Below, piece after piece: positions 57,171-64,000 of a stretch of DNA of 64,000 bases. Position 1 is the stretch's first letter. Every line of letters begins with the position of its first letter. The DNA is taken from NCBI GenBank assembly GCA_964019335.1, contig OZ025716.1, positions 124,001 to 188,000 on the forward strand, written 5' to 3'. The notes under the pieces were generated by a model. It was not told the origin of the DNA. It saw only the letters and a program-made list of their open reading frames with translations, and searched no databases. Both the position numbers and the translations under genes were made by a program. This DNA is from Diplonema japonicum. Taxonomy: Eukaryota > Protista > Euglenozoa: Diplonemea.

Positions 57171-57917
57171 ACTGAGCTACGGCATGTTGCGCTTTTACTT
57201 TTTTTTTTTTTTTTTTTTTCAAAATACCAATGCAGGGCCGCCATGGAGAGCATAACCACTGAGCTACAGCATGTTGCGCTTTTACAAACGTCACTCGACA
57301 TATAAATTAACTGGTTCACAAAATATGAGACGTAACCCAACCTGCCCAAAACACAGCCAGGTATCTGAGGCAAAACACTGTCAGGCATCCGAGGCAAAAG
57401 AGGCACAAACACACTTTACCAGGTTTCCGAGCCACCAAGCATCACACCTGAGGCCGGCAAAAATGCCGAAAATTACACTGGCCATGCATACAGGCGTTCT
57501 TTTACACGATACCTTGTTGATGAAGGAACCTGCTATTTTGGCTGGAAGTCAGACCTGATCAAGCCCCTGCACAAAACCAGCAGTTTCTGAAGTGCGATGA
57601 TCAAGTGCCGACACAAATTACACAAAACCTACAGAATTCTGTCAATTTGACATCCTCTTCTCAGGCACTCAGGCTTAGTTTTGACATGTGAACATTTCGC
57701 AGAAGTGAACATAAAGGGTTCACAGTGTCCGAAATTTCCTCATTTAACTTTACAAAAATTAAGTAAAATATCATACTAAATAAAAATCAGCCAGATTTTT
57801 ATTTAGTAAATATTTGTTTGTTTTTTTTTTTTTTTTTTTTTTTCTTTTTGCGGGAAAAAAAAAGGGGGGAAAAAAAAAAGAACGGCAATCTAGGGGAAAA
57901 AATTGTTGTTCCGCAAT

Positions 57918-57952
<35 letters not shown>

Positions 57953-58132
57953 CCTTCTGGCAAAATAAGGGGTGGATGGGTCCGCCCACCTTTACACAAC
58001 CAAGAAAAAAAAAAAAAGAACATTTTTTTTTCTTTTTTGTGACGAAAAACTAGTTGCAGCCAGGCAGCGTGTGAGTTGTTGTATTGAGTAATATACCGCT
58101 CGTGGGCACAAACAAGTGGAGCGCCAAACTAG

Positions 58133-58167
<35 letters not shown>

Positions 58168-58254
58168 CCACGAAAAGACATCTCTAAAACTCAGGTAAAG
58201 TCCGGGGCCTCCAAGAAGGGGCTACACACGGAGGTTTTTTTCGAAAAAAACAAA

Positions 58255-58365
58255 ACAAAACTCGATGGTTTAAAGGTAGCCGGTGGGGGCACCCTGCACA
58301 AGCACCATTTACTTGATTACAGGGGGCGCACCTCGGCCTAGCTGTAGCTTCTTCTGCGTTCCGCC
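58255..58365 (-). repeat. Repeat family D copy (reverse)
   Basis: Reverse complement of ~55520-55630. Confidence 0.85.
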
Positions 58366-58519
58366 TTTGACCGGGTTTTAGAGAGTCATTACATCAGCTT
58401 TTCTTTCCCCTCCCCCTACCCTTTTTTTTGAAAGAAAGCGCGCCTTCCCGGTGCAGCCCTTTAAGAAGGCTAACGGCGATTTATTAAAAAAAAAAAGAAA
58501 AGGGGAAGAACAACGTACG

Positions 58520-58870
58520 CGGGTAACCAAATTACTTTTTTCCATCGTCGCCTTAAGCCTCCAACTTTTTTTTTTTCCACCGTCCACGGTAACCTCCGAC
58601 ATTTTTATGCCTCATTGGGTTTATGAAACGTAGCAAGGGGAGCAAAAAAAACATGGTGGCATAGCAAAAGAAAAAGGGGAAAAGACCTTTAAGAGAAATG
58701 GGTGACTACCGACAGCACTTCGAGCAGTTATTTTCCCGAGAAGCACTTGGTGTCTTTTCCGAGCCCTGGCTGTGCCTGCACGTTTCTTCCCAGGTGCACA
58801 CACCTCCACCATGGACATTGGAAAAAAAAGTTTTGGGTTACCGTAAACAGTGGTGGAAATTCTGCTTTAC
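58520..58870. mobile_element. Possible small MULE-related MITE
   Basis: ccaccgtccacggtaacc (~58577) and the inverted ggttaccgtaaacagtggtgg (~58837) match the end motifs of the 52295-53025 element. Confidence 0.4.
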
Positions 58871-59033
58871 AGACTTGAGTAGAAAAAAAGTTATTTAATT
58901 ACCGTGTGCGTGGTTATTCTCAAAAAAACAAGATGGAATGTAACATGGGGGGGGGGGGGGGGGGGGGGGGGGTACACATTATCACTCATGTCTTTTTCTT
59001 TCTTCTTTTTTTTTCTTTTTTTTTTTTTTTTCA

Positions 59034-59728
59034 GTGCAGAGCTACCTGGTGCGAGTGGTGGCGTTGCGTGACAGTAGAGCAGCGGAGAGGACGGTGCATG
59101 TTATAAGACCATATCCTTGGAAAGAGACGACGACCGGAACAAGATGCCAGGTACCGACGGAGGAGATGCTTGTTGCGCACGGAGCAACGGGTGAGATACT
59201 GAAAAAGCAGTTGAAACATGTGCTACCCTGGCTGCAAGGTCTGAGGTGGTACCTAGGATCGAAAAAGACGTCAATCACCACGATGGAGCTGGCAATTGAT
59301 TTTGAGATGACGACCGGTATATCCTTATACGGGGAACATGGGGAGAGCAGTCTGTTGGAGAGAAAAGCCGCACGTCTGCGGTACATCCTCAATAGAGTGC
59401 AAGCATGTGCGGCAAAGGGCAACAAAAGCGGCTTCCCGGCAAGAAGGATGACCAGAGTACACTCCCTGAGAAACCTGGGCGCACCAGCGATGCATGGCTA
59501 CGACAAGAGACCCCTGTTCTCGTCAACCCAAACAGCCCCCTATTTGGAGGGACTGCGACCGATGTTCTTAGCGCAGATGCCGTCCATGACGGACAGGCAA
59601 ACCCCGACGGCCGGCACCAGGATGCAACCGCAGAATGGTGACAGGCACGTGTAGGATCCCCCGTCCACGGTGGGCACCAACCAGCGCACCGCAAAAATAG
59701 ATCGAGTTTTTTTTTTTTTTTTTTTTTG
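59034..59728 (+). mobile_element. 5'-truncated non-LTR retrotransposon fragment
   Basis: WLQGLRW, ITTMELAIDFEMTTG, SLRNLGAPAMHGYDKRPLF. Ends gatcgag(T)n. Confidence 0.65.
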
Positions 59729-60049
59729 ATAGCAGCGTAATGAGGTATTTTATTAGGTAAAATTCCGCTCGCGCGCACGACCAACTGAGTTGAAGGAGCA
59801 ACGGGGCCTCTCTTGAGCTAGTCAAAATGTGTATCAGAGGAAAGGCAAGAGGTAGAGGTTGGGGCTAATGCCAGCTTACCTTTGGCTTGTTTTTACGTTT
59901 CACATCAATTTTTATTTAGTTCTGGGAAAAGCGAACTCATGCAGGTATGGATGCAAGCGCCTGCTGTCAGCGCCTTTGACCCTTGGGAGCTGCTTTCATT
60001 TTTGGCAAAGTACTTTTACATTTTTTCACATGACAAAACAAAAACGTTG

Positions 60050-60084
<35 letters not shown>

Positions 60085-60209
60085 CCCCTCCAAACAACAA
60101 AACAAAAAAAAAAGAAAAAAAAAAAAAAAAAAAGGGAAGGAAGGCATCCGCATCGCATCGCATATGTTAATATTGTGTGTGTGTCTTTTTTTTTTTTTTT
60201 TTTTTTTTT

Positions 60210-60385
60210 TTTCTTCTCTTCGTCATTTTCTTCTCACTCACTAGGGGCCTCATAATTTAACGCGCAAAAAAAACGCCCATAATTTTAACGAGAAAAGCCC
60301 ATAATTAAAACTGGTTAATTGTGAGATATTTTGGAGTTAAATTATGGGGATCTTCAGAGTGGAAAAAGAAATGGGTCTTGTAAGA
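60210..60385. mobile_element. Isolated right end of the Crypton-like element (inverted)
   Basis: ctcttcgtcattttcttctcactcactaggggcctcataatttaacgcg...aaatgggtcttg is the reverse complement of ~30020-30150. Confidence 0.8.
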
Positions 60386-60641
60386 AACCTTTAAACCTTG
60401 AAAGAATGAAACGGAAAAAAAGGGGGAGAGAGGGAAAGGGGGAATTTCTTTTTTGCCCACTTTTCAGGGGTGTGAAATGAGAACTGGAACTCTTGAAAAA
60501 AAAACAACTTAAAAAAAAAAATAGTTCTTTTATGACTATATGTCTTCGCGTGAATGGGTCTGCCTTCTGCTCGTGTGTGGAAACCCACTGGACGTGGAGA
60601 TTTGCCTGACGCTCCTCTACGAGAGTGGATATACGTCAGCA

Positions 60642-60738
60642 ACTATCTTATTTTTTGTTGTTCGCACGAGCAAAAAAGGTTTTTAAAAAGCTGCGAAAGT
60701 TTTTTGCTCGGCACAAGTTGCATATAGTTATAAAATCA
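60642..60738 (-). repeat. Uninterrupted family-A repeat (empty site for the 47955-48700 insertion)
   Basis: Reverse complement reads gattttataactatatgcaacttgtgccgagcaaaaaactttcgcagctttttaaaaaccttttttgctcgtgcgaacaac. Confidence 0.85.
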
Positions 60739-60763
60739 TTTTTTGAAAGATAAATATTTGTAA

Positions 60764-60796
<33 letters not shown>

Positions 60797-60926
60797 AACG
60801 TCAAAATACCTCTCATAACAGGAAGCAATCAAAATTAAAAACCCGTTCCCCCTCCCCCCTTCCTTTTTTTTTTTGGCTGACCCTTTTTGGCACCCCGTGG
60901 TAGTTGTCTGTCAGCTAAGTGGCCCT

Positions 60927-60957
<31 letters not shown>

Positions 60958-61676
60958 GGAGGCCCAAGCGAAAGGGAAAATCCCCCCGAAAACTACCATT
61001 GACACAAAGCTGGCCGAGACTTGATTTTTTTTTTTCTTTTATTTTTTTTTTTTTTTTTATTCAAACAGTAGTCGGCCAGTTTTTTTTTCGTTTCTCTTTC
61101 TTTTTTTTTTCTTTCAGTACCCCCGAATGTGTTTTCGAAAATTGAGTTGGGTCCAAACAAAGGGGAATGTTTTGAGCTGGACAAATACGCTTGGAGTACC
61201 TCTCAGAAGTACCCCTTTTTTTTTTTTTTTTTTATCACAAGAGGTGCAGCAAGGCACAGATTCACCTGGCATGTGGGCAGATGAGGAGAAACAGGAGGGG
61301 AAAGGTCCTTTTACTCTCCTCAAAATTCTTACTTCCTTTCACGTACTGAAATTGACAGTCTAAAAAAAAAAAAAAAAAAAGAATGAGAGGCTTTTTTTTT
61401 TTTTTTTTTTTCCCTGGAAAGAGAGAAAAAAAAAAAGAAAAAAAGGAAAAAAGAAAAATTGCTGTCTTTTGTACTTACTTGTAAAAAGGGAAAAAGAAAC
61501 AAAAAAAAACAATAATAATTAAAAAAAAAGAAAGAAAAAAAAGGGGGGGGGAAACGAACTCATTTTTTTTGAATATCAACTGGTCTTTAAACGATCACCT
61601 GGGGGGGGGGGGGGGGGGGGGGGGGCTATGTGTACTAGTAATCAACCGGGCTGGGTAATTCTTTTTCAAAAAAAGG

Positions 61677-61710
<34 letters not shown>

Positions 61711-61932
61711 ATATTCCTATCTTTGAGCCTTAGTGAGTCAGGGCCAGGGTTCCTTTGTGTGAGTGGGTGCTATTTCTAGAAGAACAAGTAATTACAGTTT
61801 CTGGAGAGAAGGGCCTGACTTTTGTGTCCATGCTGCAAACTCTGGTGAGCTAAGGGGACCGTAAAAAGTTTTGTTTTCTTTCAACCTTCTTCATTAGCAC
61901 TGCTTATCGAACCCAGTCCGAACTTTTAACTG

Positions 61933-61965
<33 letters not shown>

Positions 61966-62061
61966 ATATACACTATTATTATTTTATCGGTAAATACTTA
62001 AAAAGAAAAAGTTTACTTTCCCTCAGAACTCTTTTAACCACTAAACCCACACATGTCATAT

Positions 62062-62097
<36 letters not shown>

Positions 62098-62099
62098 AA

Positions 62100-62770
62100 G
62101 CTTATTTATTGCCAACAAATAATGAGTCATTATTTAACTCAGGGTCTTCCGGTTCAAAATGGGTTTTTTTTCGATAGACCTGCGATACTTTTTGGCCGAT
62201 CTTTTGACCTTTTTTTTTTTTTTTTCAAAAAAAGAAAATAAATAAAAATAGGGGGAATTGCGGAATGGCAGCAAAGAGTTTCGCTAACCAAGTTGTCGTC
62301 TGACATTTTGAGGAATTCCATTTAGAAGGAACTATGTTTGATGGAAGAAGCGCATCGTGGTTTTCTTTCAACTAATACTAAAACCACTCGCCCCGTGATA
62401 AAAAGAGAAAAATTCCTCACAAAGGGGCAACCCCTGCCCCCCCATGGGCCTACCGCAGGCACAAGAAATTCGCCGGTCTACGTTGACGGTAACGAGTGTT
62501 AAACCTTCGTCATTTGAGTCACTCACTCTTCACTGCTTTCACTGTTTTTTTTGGGGATTTTCCTGCATTTAAAGGGGAAGTAAGGCACTTATTCCCACTT
62601 TTAAGGGCCGGAATGGCCTCAGATGGCCAAAAATAGTCAAAATACCCCCACCCTAAATGATTTTTTCAGGGGTTGGGTACATTTTTTCCACGACAAGACC
62701 CATTTTGAAGCCCCATAATTTAACTCCAAATCTCATTATTTAACTGCAAAAAATCATTATTTAACTAGCT
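62100..62770. mobile_element. Internally deleted copy of the 28595-30160 element (YR ORF lost, hairpin interrupted, right end truncated)
   Basis: 62102-62140 matches 28606-28642; 62486-62545 matches 28693-28800 with a deletion; 62566-62770 matches 29894-30087. Confidence 0.85.
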
Positions 62771-62985
62771 ACTTTTTTTTTGGCGCCATTGCGCGAATTT
62801 CTTTTTTTCACCTTGTTTGGCTAAATGCTGCCCTTTTTCGGCATTATTGAGGGGTTAGTGGTTTAAAAAAAAAAAAAAAAAAAAAAAACTTTTTTATATG
62901 TTTTTTAATTTATATACCGGTAAGAAAACAACCTACACCTTCTACCTTTTAATTTTTATTATTTGGTACTACTAGATACGTTCTT

Positions 62986-63023
<38 letters not shown>

Positions 63024-63100
63024 TTTGTGTTGATGTTTGCTGCCCACACCCTTTGGATCTTTAGAAGAATTCTGTAATATTTCAAACGGAGGAGGAAAGA

Positions 63101-63137
<37 letters not shown>

Positions 63138-64000
63138 ACACCTGTAAAGAACTATGGCACAAACGATTTGATTGTCGGAGTGCTGGAAAAAAAAAAAAAA
63201 AAAAAAAAAAAAACTAAAGGGGCCCCCCGAATAATCCCTTTATTTGGGCAGTGGAGGGGGGGTGTTTGGGCTCCAAAAAAAAAAAAAAGAATTATTTGGA
63301 ATACACTTATTTGGGTTGTACTTATTTGGGCTAGGGAGCCTGCCACATGGAAAGCAGGGAGCGGGGCTTAGAGCACTTCGGAAATCTTAACATGCCAAAT
63401 CGTGCCAAGATTTTTTTCATGCCCTTTTTTTTCCAAGGGAAATTTTAACAGTTTTTCTCCCAGGCTGTGGAGACCCACAAACGTTGCAGACAAACCGCCT
63501 GGTTTTGGCGTTAGGTTGCAGGGGTCTGAGTTGGGAGGCTGCTGGAGTCTCGTCAGGTGTAGTGTCCATTGTAACACCCGCAACAACGTTCTGTGCTGCA
63601 CTGTCTAAAGCCCGACCCCTTCAAAGTGCTTACTTCGCTAAGTGCCCTTAGCTGTATGGTCTCCTCGGAACTACCTGACCTTTCTCATGTGCCTGCCCTA
63701 CCCACAGTGCCACGTTGATTCGGCGCTCTGCTGTCATCAACGTCCTGCCTCGGCTGCTTGGGGTGCCACAGCCCCCCCTAACCCCTCAAAATGGCGGGAG
63801 GTCTGAATCGCCGGCGCCACACAGAAGCAGCTTCACAATACGTACTTTTCCTTTTCAATCGATTGTTATATTTGTACTTATAAAATATAGCGCGCATTCG
63901 ACGACACTGGTCAAGCGACTGGCACCTTCCGAAGAAGGGCCTCCCACGTCCGCCGGGTTGAGCAGAGGATGCCCCGGGGCGGCTGTTCCAGTCTGATCAT

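Noticed and set aside
61790-61805. Spliced-leader RNA (acagtttctg)
   Set aside because: Only a ~10-nt match; the rest of the SL exon is absent.
63400-64000. GC-richer segment at the window end, with a single ccctaacccct telomere-like word
   Set aside because: No recognisable domain in the frames examined, no tandem telomeric array, and truncated by the window edge.

Overview
Eukaryotic (protist) nuclear DNA, most likely euglenozoan and diplonemid-like. That assignment is an inference from the gene families and from the fact that every host gene lies on the + strand. The first ~43 kb is a co-oriented, intron-poor gene cluster: LRR protein, kinase-ankyrin, CYTH-like, Patched/NPC1-like, RasGEF, two EEP nucleases, F-box proteins, UBL-TPR-like, GNAT, EXS/XPR1, SLC52, PHO80-like cyclin, carboxylesterase, and a ~2290-aa ADP-ribosyltransferase-LRR-ankyrin protein. 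Intergenic DNA is full of homopolymers. The last ~21 kb is gene-poor and repeat-rich. The main discovery candidate is a Crypton-like tyrosine-recombinase element (28595-30160) with three non-autonomous relatives. Its left end is a ~150-nt strand-specific hairpin with a C(GCA)G triloop, two tandem G.A mismatches 19 nt apart and G.T pairs. In a second copy the stem sequence is replaced by compensatory changes while the geometry is kept, which suggests a folded single-stranded substrate, as for integron attC sites. A filled-site/empty-site pair in the window supports mobility. Also present: a non-LTR retrotransposon family whose sense strand ends in poly(T), introns with poly(A) before the 3' AG, a duplication creating a stalk-less nuclease, MULE remnants and convergent tRNA-like units. 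Repeat boundaries were read by eye and are approximate. Homopolymer lengths may be sequencing artefacts.
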